Origin: Candidatus Iainarchaeum sp.
GTDB lineage: Archaea > Iainarchaeota > Iainarchaeia > Iainarchaeales > UBA10219
NCBI GenBank assembly: GCA_018304425.1
Contig: JAGVWE010000002.1
Span: 288,001 to 352,000, forward strand
Direction of reading: 5' to 3'
Length of the DNA stretch: 64,000 bases
Both the position numbers and the translations under genes were made by a program. Every line of letters begins with the position of its first letter. Position 1 is the stretch's first letter. The notes under the pieces are model-generated. The model searched no databases. It saw nothing but the letters and a program-made list of their open reading frames with translations, and had not been told where the DNA came from. Positions 35,857-45,189 of the stretch are shown here, one piece after another.

Positions 35857-36876
35857 ATGGCGAAGGAAGTAGTAGCGAAAGAATTAGTCAAGGAACTCGA
35901 CAAGCAGGTCGAAAAAGAGGTTGCGAAAACAACCGAGGTCAAGGAAATCACGGATTTGCCGGGCATTGGCCCGCAGGCAGCCGAAAAACTCTTTTCTGCC
36001 GGGTATAAGACCCTGGAAAGCATTGCCGTGGCCTCACCCATGGAACTCATCGAAGTCGCGGGCCTCGGAGAGGTCACGGCCCAAAAAGCCATCAAGGCCG
36101 CGCGGGACGCCATGCAGATGGGCTTTGAAAGCGCGGACAAGATGGCGGAGCGGAGGAAACTGGTGGGAAGGATTTCCACGGGCAGCAAGGAAGTGGATGC
36201 CCTGATTGGGGGCGGGATTGAAACGCAGAGCATCACCGAGGTCTACGGCAAGTACGCGAGTTCGAAGACCCAGTGGTGCTTTCAGACGGCGGTGAACGTG
36301 CAGTTGCCCAAGGAAAAGGGCGGCCTGGCCGGGAACACGCTGTACATCGACAGCGAAAACAGTTTCAGGCCGGAAAGAATCATCTCCATTTCGAAGGCGC
36401 GGGGCGTGGACCCAGACAAGACCCTGAAAAACATTTTCGTGGCAAGGGCGTACAATGCAGACCACCAGATGCTGTTGACGGACAAGGCGGTGGAACTCAT
36501 CAAGGAAAAAAACATCAAGCTCTTGATTGTCGACTCCTTGACCAGCCACTTCAGGGCGGAGTTCAGTGGCCGCGGTCAATTAGCTGACCGGCAGCAGAAG
36601 CTGAACCGGCACATGCATACCCTCCAAAAAATCGCTGAAATGAACAACGTGGCCGTGCTGGTAACCAACCAGGTCATGGAGCGGCCGGACATCCTGTTCG
36701 GGGACCCGACGGCTCCCATTGGGGGAAACATTGTGGGGCACGCCTCGAAGACCCGGATTTACCTTCGGAAGAGCAAGGAAGACAAAAGGGTTGCCAAGCT
36801 GGTGGACAGCCCCAGCCTCCCGGACGGGGAAGCCATCTACCGGGTCACGGAAAGGGGATTGGAGGACGCCGAGTGA
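35857..36876 (+). CDS. radA: DNA repair and recombination protein RadA
   Basis: HhH DLPGIGP, F-x-x-A polymerisation motif (FESA), GGGIET, IVDSL, LADRQQKLNRH, VTNQV, LVDSP. Confidence 0.96.
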   Translation: MAKEVVAKELVKELDKQVEKEVAKTTEVKEITDLPGIGPQAAEKLFSAGYKTLESIAVASPMELIEVAGLGEVTAQKAIKAARDAMQMGFESADKMAERRKLVGRISTGSKEVDALIGGGIETQSITEVYGKYASSKTQWCFQTAVNVQLPKEKGGLAGNTLYIDSENSFRPERIISISKARGVDPDKTLKNIFVARAYNADHQMLLTDKAVELIKEKNIKLLIVDSLTSHFRAEFSGRGQLADRQQKLNRHMHTLQKIAEMNNVAVLVTNQVMERPDILFGDPTAPIGGNIVGHASKTRIYLRKSKEDKRVAKLVDSPSLPDGEAIYRVTERGLEDAE

Positions 36877-36935
36877 GGTGGCATACGCCCCTCTTTTTAA
36901 CTTTTTTCCCATCTCCATCATGCGGTGATTGGCGT

Positions 36936-37256
36936 ATGGCTGAACTGATTGACCAGGACTATTTGCATTTCGCGGAAGTGTTCAAGGAATCCCTACCTGA
37001 GTTGGCGGCTGACTACGAGGCGTGGAAGAAAAAGACGCAGGCCGGCGAAGTCTTCGACAAGAAAACGACGGAGCTGCTGGCGTTGGCGGCCAGCTTTGCC
37101 ATGCTGTGCCCGTACTGCATCGATTCCCACGCACCAAAGGCGAAGGCGCATGGCGCGACCCGGGAAGAGATTGCCGCCGTGCTCCACATCGCTTCCGCGG
37201 TAAGGGCTGGGGCCTGCATGTCGTTCGGGTTGCAGGCATTCAAGCCGTTCAAATAA
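36936..37256 (+). CDS. Carboxymuconolactone decarboxylase/AhpD family protein
   Basis: KTTELLALA...CPYCIDSH...GATREEI. Confidence 0.9.
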   Translation: MAELIDQDYLHFAEVFKESLPELAADYEAWKKKTQAGEVFDKKTTELLALAASFAMLCPYCIDSHAPKAKAHGATREEIAAVLHIASAVRAGACMSFGLQAFKPFK

Positions 37257-38289
37257 CCGGTGCCGGGGCGTCCAGGATTTCGAGGACGTCGAGTTGCGTG
37301 CAGGTGCAGGGCACGCCAAGCAGGGAGGCAAGGTTGGGCATGCTTCTCCCCTCATCACCGGAAACGAATTCCTTTACGTAGAGACCGGAACTCGCCCGGA
37401 GCACGAGTTCAAAGGACGCGGCATCCAGGGGCTTCACGGACTCGAGCACGGTGTACTTGGCGCGGAGCTTGTCCGGCCTCCGCTTGGAGACGCGGAGGGG
37501 CGTGCGCTGCTCGATGGAAAGCCTTTGGCCGAGTGCAGGGGAAAGCCGGGAGAGGTCGAAGGGCGCGGAACCGGTGACCACGGCGGCATAGCGTTTCTCG
37601 TGTTCCGCGTTCTTGTACTCGGACACGCTTTCCTTGCCGCAAAAGCAGAGGACGGAAACCCGGAGCTTGCCCGGGAACCCGGCATTGATTCCGGTGGCAA
37701 GGGCTTCCAGGTTGGCCGAGCGCCGGCGGGGTTCCACGAGTTCAAAGACAAAGGGGCGGCCGGAGCCCAGCATCCGGACATCCACGTCTTCGCGGCCGGC
37801 TCCGTGGAAGACGCCGCGTGCGGCCCCGAACGCTGGAACCAGGACTTGGGCCAGCAGTTCCTCGACGGATTCCTCGGAGAGGCGGCCGGTTCCGTGACAG
37901 AATGCGCAACCCCTACCGCGGCCCTTGCACTTGAAGCAGTAGTGCGTGGTCTGGGCAAGGGAACGCGAGAACTTGTTGTAGCGGCCGCACACGTAGACGG
38001 GCGAGAGGCGTAGTTCGAGGCGGCGGCAGACGAAGTCCAGCAAGCAGTCAACGTCCGCGCCATGGGGTTGGAATGACTTGTTCAAGGCCTTTTCGAGGCC
38101 GCGGACGAGCTCGGCTTGGACGTCTTTGCGGAGTGCGGCTTGCTCGGCCTCGGACAGGGCGGAGTCAAAGCGGCAGCCCAGGGAAAAGGAAGCGAATTCC
38201 GTGTCGTGCAAAGCATTGGATAGAAAGGAAACACCGGCTGGAACCCCTGTGGGCTCAGGTTTTAAGCCAGGTGGAAAAGCCAGTTGCAT
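37249..38289 (-). CDS. pus10: tRNA pseudouridine(54/55) synthase Pus10
   Basis: GRYNKFSR, FHGAGREDVDVRMLGSGRPF, QRTPLRV, GLYVKEFVSGD, LDV. Confidence 0.93.
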   Translation of the reverse strand: MQLAFPPGLKPEPTGVPAGVSFLSNALHDTEFASFSLGCRFDSALSEAEQAALRKDVQAELVRGLEKALNKSFQPHGADVDCLLDFVCRRLELRLSPVYVCGRYNKFSRSLAQTTHYCFKCKGRGRGCAFCHGTGRLSEESVEELLAQVLVPAFGAARGVFHGAGREDVDVRMLGSGRPFVFELVEPRRRSANLEALATGINAGFPGKLRVSVLCFCGKESVSEYKNAEHEKRYAAVVTGSAPFDLSRLSPALGQRLSIEQRTPLRVSKRRPDKLRAKYTVLESVKPLDAASFELVLRASSGLYVKEFVSGDEGRSMPNLASLLGVPCTCTQLDVLEILDAPAPVI

Positions 38290-38407
38290 GTGAGGAGAAA
38301 GCAAAAAAGGGTTAAAAAGGCGCGCTGTTTTTGAATTTTTCCCGGCCCCTGGTCCTGGAGACATCTTCTTTTTAACTCGTTGCCGCTGATTGTTTGAGGG
38401 AAAGAAA

Positions 38408-39526
38408 ATGCCTGGCCTGGATAGCAACGCAAGCGAATTGATGCGCAAGGAGTTCGTCACGGCGGATGTGGAAGAGCCCCTCACCAAAATCATTGGGCGC
38501 ATGCGGCAGTTCAGGCAAGACAACATAGTCATTACCGAGGGGGGCCGGTATGTGGGCATGGTCTCCAAGCGGGAGATGCTGCGGAAGAAGGTGGACTTCC
38601 GGCAGATGAAGGCCAAGAGCGTGCTGGCCAAGTACCCTGCCCTGGAAAGAGGAACTGCCTTGCCGGACATCGTGCAGGCCATGTATTCTTCGGGGGCACG
38701 CGAACTAGCGGTGATACACAAGGGCAGGGCCATCGGCGCGGTAACCGTCAACGAAGTCATCGCGCAGATGAAGAAAATCCCGGAGCTCCGGCAGCTGACC
38801 GCGTCCGAGGTGTGCGTGAAAAACCCTTTGACACTGCGGGAGGACGACAACCTTTCACAGGCCATCAGCCGCATGAAGAAAAGCAACGTCAAAAAAATGC
38901 CGGTCGTGGATGGAGACGGCTTGCTGAAGGGCATCCTGCGCTGGGAAAACCTCATGGAAACCTATCTGCTCCAAGCCGTCGAAAAAAACGAGGTCTACCG
39001 CGCCAACGTGCGGGGCGGCCACACCGCGGACAAGCAATCGGCTCTGAAAGTGCGGGTGGGCGGGATTGCCGGCACCAATTACGTGGTGGCTACGGAACAC
39101 GAATCGCTGGAAAAAATCGTTGACTTCATGAAGGAGCGGGACGCGGTCATCCTGGTCAAGAAGGAGAAGCCGACTGGCATCATCACCTATGGGAACCTGT
39201 TGCGCGCCTTTGAGCGCGTGAACGTCGTGCCCAGGAACATCCAGTGGGTTCACAAGCCGGAACTGGATTCCTTTGAAGAAGCCAAGGTGGACTCGGCGTT
39301 GGCCGAATTCTATGACAAGGCCGAAAAGCGGCTGGAAACGGATATACGCCTGGAAGCGCATTTCAAGGCGTTCCACGCGCAGGGCAAGCGCAAGCAGTAC
39401 TTGCTGCGGCTGCGCCTGTTTTGGGCCGGGAAACTGGCGGAAGCCACTAAGGAAGAGTGGAGTCCTTTGACGGTGGTGCAAAAGGCCATCAAGGCATTGG
39501 AAAATGGTTTTAGGCACAGGATGTAA
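38408..39526 (+). CDS. 4xCBS domain protein with C-terminal HPF/RaiA-like domain (probable ribosome hibernation factor)
   Basis: Four CBS repeats, then beta-alpha-beta-beta-beta-alpha pattern NIQWV...LEAHFK...QYLLRLRL...EEWSPLTVVQKAIKALE. Confidence 0.75.
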   Translation: MPGLDSNASELMRKEFVTADVEEPLTKIIGRMRQFRQDNIVITEGGRYVGMVSKREMLRKKVDFRQMKAKSVLAKYPALERGTALPDIVQAMYSSGARELAVIHKGRAIGAVTVNEVIAQMKKIPELRQLTASEVCVKNPLTLREDDNLSQAISRMKKSNVKKMPVVDGDGLLKGILRWENLMETYLLQAVEKNEVYRANVRGGHTADKQSALKVRVGGIAGTNYVVATEHESLEKIVDFMKERDAVILVKKEKPTGIITYGNLLRAFERVNVVPRNIQWVHKPELDSFEEAKVDSALAEFYDKAEKRLETDIRLEAHFKAFHAQGKRKQYLLRLRLFWAGKLAEATKEEWSPLTVVQKAIKALENGFRHRM

Positions 39527-39538
39527 GGAGGCGGGAAG

Positions 39539-39913
39539 GTGGCGGAAAATGTTTTCGTGTTGAAGTTGAAGGATGACCTGGATGTCGTGGGCGAAGTGGA
39601 GCGGTTCTGCGAAAAGGAGCACATCAAGTACGGGGTGCTGCTGGGAGCAGTCGGCAAGCTGAAGGAATTTGAGGTGGTCGCGTTCCGGGAACGTGGAGTC
39701 ATCGAGAAAAAGTTTTTCAGGGAAGCCCACGAGTTGAACTCTGTTTCAGGCAAGATTCAGTGGCTGGGCGGGAAATACACCAGCCACATCAACGTGGCGG
39801 TGGGCGAGAAGAGCTTCCGCTCAATCAACGGCCAGTTGATGCGGGGAAAGGCTGCAGGGGACCTCGAGTTAACCATCCGGAAAGTGGACCTGGGTAAAAT
39901 AATCGAGGCCTGA
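39539..39913 (+). CDS. PPC/DUF296 domain protein
   Basis: VLKLKDDLDV, GAVGKL, ELNSVSG, HINV, GQLM. Confidence 0.8.
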   Translation: MAENVFVLKLKDDLDVVGEVERFCEKEHIKYGVLLGAVGKLKEFEVVAFRERGVIEKKFFREAHELNSVSGKIQWLGGKYTSHINVAVGEKSFRSINGQLMRGKAAGDLELTIRKVDLGKIIEA

Positions 39914-39925
39914 ACGTGGGAATGG

Positions 39926-40816
39926 CTAGGGCAGCGGAATGGAAAGCGTTTCCACCTGGTTGTCCGAGGCCTTGACGGAAAAAAGGGCGTGAACTGTTTT
40001 TTGGCTGCGGGGCCGTGTCTTGTAGAGGGAGAGGTTCAGGCCCGGGATAACCGCAAAGGCTGGCTCGTATTTGGAGATCTGGCCATCCCCATCCAAGTCG
40101 GAGCCCAGGAACCGTATTTCCTGTCCAGTGCCTGAATGGAGGACGGGCGTGCGGGCGTCCAGCAACAGGTAGAACGCATCCTGGTTTCGTTCCCTGACCA
40201 CGACTGGAGTGTACTGGAATTTGAGGTTACCTTGGCCGGTCAACTGGATGGTTGGAACCAGGGAGTCAAAGGAATTCCGGTAGCTCAGGTAGAACCGGTT
40301 AGCGGGGGAAGCCTGGAAGGGGGGCACGGGCACGCAAACGCCTTGAATGGGTTGGCAAACGGAAATGGAGTGAAATGTTAACAAAGTGAGCGTGTTGGCC
40401 CGTGAGATGCGCGTAACCATGTACTCCATACCGAGAAAGTCAAGGGGTTGGTACTCAGTGGAGAGCACACGATACGGCTGGGCATAATCGGTTTTCCCGT
40501 AGAAGAGGTGTGCGGTTCGCTTGCCGTTCACGAGTTGTCGGCTGACCTTCAACGAAAACGGGACGCCGTTGAAGGGTTCCTTTGGGGAAACGATGAGTTC
40601 TCTTTCTTTGACGCGCGCGTCCAGGACATAGGTCTTGGTGCGGTCAAAGGAGAGGATGGCGTCAAAGGGGCTGGCCTCGACCCGGATGTATAATGGGATT
40701 GAATGGGTTCCCTGTGCATCGGCAAACTCGAATGCGGGGCCCAGCGAAAGGGGTGCTGCCTGCGTGGAGGAAACCAGGGAAAACAAGAACAAGACCGGAA
40801 AGAAAAGGCTGCGCAT
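39926..40816 (-). CDS. Secreted hypothetical protein
   Basis: Signal peptide, beta-rich, DLDGDGQI Ca-binding-like motif. Confidence 0.6.
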   Translation of the reverse strand: MRSLFFPVLFLFSLVSSTQAAPLSLGPAFEFADAQGTHSIPLYIRVEASPFDAILSFDRTKTYVLDARVKERELIVSPKEPFNGVPFSLKVSRQLVNGKRTAHLFYGKTDYAQPYRVLSTEYQPLDFLGMEYMVTRISRANTLTLLTFHSISVCQPIQGVCVPVPPFQASPANRFYLSYRNSFDSLVPTIQLTGQGNLKFQYTPVVVRERNQDAFYLLLDARTPVLHSGTGQEIRFLGSDLDGDGQISKYEPAFAVIPGLNLSLYKTRPRSQKTVHALFSVKASDNQVETLSIPLP

Positions 40817-40897
40817 GGAAGCAGGAAAAGCCGAAACGCGTTTAAGGGTTCCGGGTCAGGCAAGGGGTATAATAAGTTTTTCCGCTTCAATCCATGC

Positions 40898-41896
40898 ATG
40901 GGGGAGCCGGAAAACGGCAGTGAATGGGTGGGCCAGGAGGCCCCTGAACTCGTGTGCTCGGGGCAGTGGCTGAACTCAAAGCCGTTGACCCTTCAGGGTT
41001 TGAAGGGAACGGTAGTGCTGCTGGATTTCCTGAGTTACAGCTGCGTGAACTGCATCCGCACCTTCCCGTTCCTCAACCAATGGTATGAGCGGTACAGGGA
41101 ACAGGGGCTTGAAATCATCGGCATCCACACCCCTGAATTCGAGTTCGAAAAGGATGCGGGAAACCTGGAAGCGGCCCTGAAAACGCATGGCCTGCGGTTT
41201 CCGGTCATGCAGGACAATGACTATCTTACGTGGAAGGCGTTCCACAACAATTACTGGCCCAGGAAGTTTTTGCTGGACCGGACCGGCAAAATCGTGTACG
41301 ACCACGTGGGCGAGGGCGCCTATGGGGAGACGGAGAAAAAGATGCGGGAACTGCTGGAGGTGAAGGGGCGTGGCCTGACCGGGAAGCCGGCTGGACAAAG
41401 CCTTTTCGCTGGGCTCTCCGAGCCGCTGACGGGGGAATTGTATGTCGGCTATGCCCGTGGAATCATTGGAAACATTGAAGGATATGAGCCAGACCATGAA
41501 ATCGAGTACGCGGAACCGGAGTACCGGGAGGACGGCATAGTCTATGTCAAGGGGACTTGGATGAGCCGCGCCCAGTACATGCATCATTCACGGGACACGC
41601 AGGGCAGAAACGATTTCGCGTGGGTGCGGTATACTGGGCGGAGCGCGAACGCCGTGATGGGCCCAGCGTATGGGAAGCGCTTCACGGTCTTCCTTGAAGT
41701 GGACGGCCACCCGTTGAAGAAATCCGAGGCTGGCCTGGACGTGTCATTTGACGAAAGAGGCCGGTCATTCGTGGAAGTCCGGCAGCCACGGATGTACGGC
41801 CTGGTGGGGGGTGGCATGCCCTTGGGGGGACATGAACTGAAGTTGGTGTGCGATTCCAGGGAGTTCTGCCTGTACACCTTTACCTTTGGCTTGTAG
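40898..41896 (+). CDS. Redoxin/TlpA thioredoxin with DipZ-like C-terminal domain
   Basis: WLNSKPL, YSCVNCIR, HTPEFEFEK, NNYWP, YTFTFG. Confidence 0.88.
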   Translation: MGEPENGSEWVGQEAPELVCSGQWLNSKPLTLQGLKGTVVLLDFLSYSCVNCIRTFPFLNQWYERYREQGLEIIGIHTPEFEFEKDAGNLEAALKTHGLRFPVMQDNDYLTWKAFHNNYWPRKFLLDRTGKIVYDHVGEGAYGETEKKMRELLEVKGRGLTGKPAGQSLFAGLSEPLTGELYVGYARGIIGNIEGYEPDHEIEYAEPEYREDGIVYVKGTWMSRAQYMHHSRDTQGRNDFAWVRYTGRSANAVMGPAYGKRFTVFLEVDGHPLKKSEAGLDVSFDERGRSFVEVRQPRMYGLVGGGMPLGGHELKLVCDSREFCLYTFTFGL

Positions 41897-41913
41897 TCAA
41901 CTGATGGGTTCCT

Positions 41914-41988
41914 TGCCGAGGTCAGCGACCGATGGGCAGCAACCGAGGTCCGCGACCGAGGTCAATGACTGAGGTCAATGACCGCGTC
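41914..41988. repeat. Degenerate 13-nt tandem repeat (GACCGAGGTCAAT)
   Basis: TGCCGAGGTCAGC / GACCGATGGGCAGC / AACCGAGGTCCGC / GACCGAGGTCAAT / GACTGAGGTCAAT / GACCGCGTC. Confidence 0.7.
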
Positions 41989-42528
41989 GGCAAACAAGGC
42001 AAGGTCCTGCAACAGGGCGGAATCCCTGTCCTCAACCAGGGCAAGGAAGACGCCGCGCGCGTTTGACTCCCGCACCTTGTTCATGAGGTGCCGCACGAAC
42101 TTGGCGGAATCCGCTTCCTCGTTGTAGAGCAGCAGCGTGCTGAGAGAATCGAAGAACACCAGCTGGATTCCTTCCACGTCAATGGCCTTGGAGAGGGTTA
42201 GCTCCAGTTCAGTCAGGGCACCCGGGTTTGAAACGAACTGGACTTTTATTTCCTGGCTGCGGGGCGGCATCTTTTTCTCGGTGGAAATGGGTCTTATGGA
42301 CATGCTTTTGGTGATGCAGTCCACGAAGTAAAGGTTGGTTGCGGCGAGGGATTCCCGCTGGAACTGGTCGAATAATACCCTGGCAGACCGTCCAATGGTT
42401 GCATAGCAGAGACGGGGGTAGGCAGGACTGAACGCCTTGAGGAGAGCCGGAATGGCGGACGCATAGCCTTCCCTTGGAATGAGGAGGACTATGTTCTGGT
42501 TGGACTGGATTGCTTCAAGGGGGTTCAT
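41962..42528 (-). CDS. Inactive KaiC/RecA-fold protein (DUF7504-like)
   Basis: YFVDCIT, NPGALTEL, FFDSLSTLLLYN, FADAVI; no Walker A. Confidence 0.75.
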   Translation of the reverse strand: MNPLEAIQSNQNIVLLIPREGYASAIPALLKAFSPAYPRLCYATIGRSARVLFDQFQRESLAATNLYFVDCITKSMSIRPISTEKKMPPRSQEIKVQFVSNPGALTELELTLSKAIDVEGIQLVFFDSLSTLLLYNEEADSAKFVRHLMNKVRESNARGVFLALVEDRDSALLQDLALFADAVIDLSH

Positions 42529-42538
42529 GGCTTGCAAC

Positions 42539-42907
42539 CTATCCCAGCAGGCGCCGCAGCGTGGAGACGAATTCATGGACGCTGAGGGGCTTTTGCACGT
42601 ATTCCACGGAAGCGAATTGTTTGATGACGCCCCTTCCAGTCGTGGAGGAATCGGCCACGGTCAGGAAAACCACGCGAAGGTTCTTGAGCCTTGGATTCGA
42701 GTGAATGGCTTCCAGGACTTGCTTGCCGGACATCCCAGGCATGAACAGGTCCAACAAGACCAGGTCGAAGTCCCCTTCCTTCATGGCAGCGAGGGCTTCT
42801 TCGCCGGAGGAAGCCGCGCGCACGTCGCAGCCCTCTTTTTTGGCCAGGCCGACATAGAGGTCCAGGATGTCCCTTTCATCGTCCACGATGAGGATTTTTT
42901 TTCCCAT
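42539..42907 (-). CDS. Single-domain response regulator (receiver)
   Basis: ILIVDDE, LLDLFMPGMSG, FLT, YVQKP. Confidence 0.92.
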   Translation of the reverse strand: MGKKILIVDDERDILDLYVGLAKKEGCDVRAASSGEEALAAMKEGDFDLVLLDLFMPGMSGKQVLEAIHSNPRLKNLRVVFLTVADSSTTGRGVIKQFASVEYVQKPLSVHEFVSTLRRLLG

Positions 42908-42967
42908 GCGGGTTCAACCCAAGGAATAGGACGGCAAGCCTTAATAAGTTTTACGAAGCGGCTTCGT

Positions 42968-43456
42968 TTAGGGCTTTATAACCCGGTCGACAAAGGGTTC
43001 CATCTGGGAAAGCATGCCGGTTGCCTCTTCGCTGGCCAGACAGGTTAAAACACCTTGCACTCCCTTGACCCTGAGCATGGTGGTGAGCGCGTGCACGAAC
43101 TTGGCAACGGTTTTCTGGTCCCGGTAGAGGAGCAACACCGAGATGGAGTCGAACAAGAGCACGGGGCACTTTTTGGCGTCCAGCACCCTTGAAATGGCGA
43201 GCAACAGATCGGTGAGCGCATTCGGGCCGTCCAGGTAAAGCGCTTTCCCGGATGGAATGAACCGCTTGGCAACGGTTTGCGTGCACGCGTCGATGAACTC
43301 GAACTTGTTGTAGTTGATGTTGTTTTGCTCGAACACCTGGACAATGGATTGAAGCATCTTGGTGAGGGTAACATAGCAGACCGAGTCAAAGGACTGGTCG
43401 AGTTCCCTGCACGCGTCCAGGAGCTTCAAGGAATAGGCGTCCCCTGGCAGTGCCAA
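42968..43456 (-). CDS. Inactive KaiC/RecA-fold protein (DUF7504-like)
   Basis: CYVTLTK, FIDAC, PNALTDL, LFDSISVLLLY, FVDRVI; start uncertain. Confidence 0.75.
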   Translation of the reverse strand: MALPGDAYSLKLLDACRELDQSFDSVCYVTLTKMLQSIVQVFEQNNINYNKFEFIDACTQTVAKRFIPSGKALYLDGPNALTDLLLAISRVLDAKKCPVLLFDSISVLLLYRDQKTVAKFVHALTTMLRVKGVQGVLTCLASEEATGMLSQMEPFVDRVIKP

Positions 43457-43564
43457 GAGGACTTGCTCGCTTCCGGAGAGCTCCAGTTTGATGGTATTCC
43501 CCCAAAAAAGTCAAAGGCAAAAGAAAGAAAGGGGAAAGGGTTTAAAGAACCCCTTCGTTTGGCC

Positions 43565-44047
43565 TTAGTTCTGGCATTTGCCTACCAGGGGCCTATCCCC
43601 TACCTGCACCTTGCCGGTGAGATTAGCCGTATTATAGGTCAGGCTGGCCTCGTAGGAAAAGGTCTTGGTGTCTCCCAGGTCCGTGCAGTCGTCTCCGGCC
43701 GTTGAATAGGTGCCGGAGACGCTGGCCGTCTTGCCCGCACCCACAACGGTGTCGGAAACCGACAGCGCGGTGGCCGCGGTAGTGGGGCCATCCAGGGTTA
43801 TCTCGGTCAGGGTAAGGGACTGCTCGGTGTTGTTGCGCAAAACAAAGGTGTACGCCGTGTCGTCAAAATCGTATTCGAGGACGGCGAAGGGGGAAGCGCC
43901 CCGCCAATAGGCCGCGCTCTGCTGCTCGGTAGTGCTGCCTCCAATGCCCGGCACAAAGCCCAGCACGCCCACCACAACCAATGCGATGACGATGACCACT
44001 GCCAAAATGATTAGGTACTCGGTTGTCCCCTGTCCCTTGAAATCCAT
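43565..44047 (-). CDS. Type IV pilin (probable major pilin)
   Basis: Class III signal peptide KG|QGTTEYLIILAVVIVIAL; own TTTATAAA promoter and GGAGG RBS. Confidence 0.88.
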   Translation of the reverse strand: MDFKGQGTTEYLIILAVVIVIALVVVGVLGFVPGIGGSTTEQQSAAYWRGASPFAVLEYDFDDTAYTFVLRNNTEQSLTLTEITLDGPTTAATALSVSDTVVGAGKTASVSGTYSTAGDDCTDLGDTKTFSYEASLTYNTANLTGKVQVGDRPLVGKCQN

Positions 44048-44112
44048 TTCATTCCCTCCAAACAGAAAGTGGTGAAAAGTGATTATTGTAGGGCATTCAC
44101 GTTTATAAACCT

Positions 44113-45189
44113 TTAGGGCAGGGGCAGGACGACGGCCAGGAAGGCGCGGGCCAAAGCGAATACAAGGAAGGAAACCAGGAGTATCCCTGGAAAGTATTTG
44201 AGGCCCAGTTTGGCCTTGCCCATGGAGAGCACGCCCACGAAGAGGCTGGCCAGCAAAGCGTTGCCCACCAGGAGGAGCAGCGCCGTTTGCGACATGAAAT
44301 CGCTTGAGAGTTCGCTGGACGTGGCGAGGAAGCCCAGGCCGGTTTCGTTGACGGCTGAGTTCCGGGTCTTGGATTGAATGGATTGAAGCATGTCCAGGAA
44401 CTGGACTGAGACGGCCATCAGGCCCGGCGTTGCGACCATGACGATGAAGACCACGAAGATGACGTACATCTTGGTGCTGGACTGGAGTTCTTTCCTGAGT
44501 TCCTGGGTTTGCCGGATGTCAAAGGCACTGGATTCCAGGAGCTTGGAGAGTCTTCCCCCGGACTTCATGGCCTGTGAGAAAAAGGTGACAAAACCCTGGA
44601 GCGTGTCCGACTTGATGCGGTTGGAGAGCTCGGACAAGGCCTGATTGAAGGAAGTGGTGCCAAGGGATTTCGAGACCGCGTACCTGACTTCCTCGGAGAG
44701 GGGCCCGAACTCGGGGCGGGCCGCGGCCTGGAACGAATGGAAGGGAGTCATGCCCGCGTTGATGTTCGAGGAAACCAGCAGCAGGAAGTCCGGCAGCACA
44801 CCTTCCACCATCCGGGCCCTTCCCTCGATGAGGTAGTAGAGGTGGAGGAAGTAGAGCAGCAACACGAGGGCCAGGCAGGCCAGGCCGGCCAGTAGGGAAG
44901 CTAGGAGTGGGATGACCGGTATTATCAGGACCAGCGGTTCCCTGCCCAGGGGAAGGGAAAGGGGGAACTCGTATTCGGGGAAATACAGGAAGCCCAGCAG
45001 GCGGTAGGCGTTGTAGACCAGGAGGAACGCCGCGAGGCCCAAGAGGAAGGCGGCCAGCAGCCGCTTGCCCAGCCATTCGTCGGCGTCGCCTTCAAACGCG
45101 GCATAGTTGAGCGCTTTCCGCAGCCGCTGCTCCCTGAACTTCTTGGAAGAAAAATCAGAGAAGCGAAGGGCGAGGCCGCGCAGGATCAT
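44113..45189 (-). CDS. Type II secretion/Tad platform membrane protein (TadC-like)
   Basis: LPDFLLLVSSNINAGMTP, EFGPLSEE, SGG; multi-TM. Confidence 0.88.
   Translation of the reverse strand: MILRGLALRFSDFSSKKFREQRLRKALNYAAFEGDADEWLGKRLLAAFLLGLAAFLLVYNAYRLLGFLYFPEYEFPLSLPLGREPLVLIIPVIPLLASLLAGLACLALVLLLYFLHLYYLIEGRARMVEGVLPDFLLLVSSNINAGMTPFHSFQAAARPEFGPLSEEVRYAVSKSLGTTSFNQALSELSNRIKSDTLQGFVTFFSQAMKSGGRLSKLLESSAFDIRQTQELRKELQSSTKMYVIFVVFIVMVATPGLMAVSVQFLDMLQSIQSKTRNSAVNETGLGFLATSSELSSDFMSQTALLLLVGNALLASLFVGVLSMGKAKLGLKYFPGILLVSFLVFALARAFLAVVLPLP

Noticed and set aside
38290-38955. N-terminal 222-aa extension of Pus10 in the ORF track
   Set aside because: It overlaps the CBS gene in antisense; the real start is probably 38289, after a TTTTTAA box.
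41914-41988. Mini CRISPR array
   Set aside because: Units are 13 nt, contiguous, without spacers; no cas genes.
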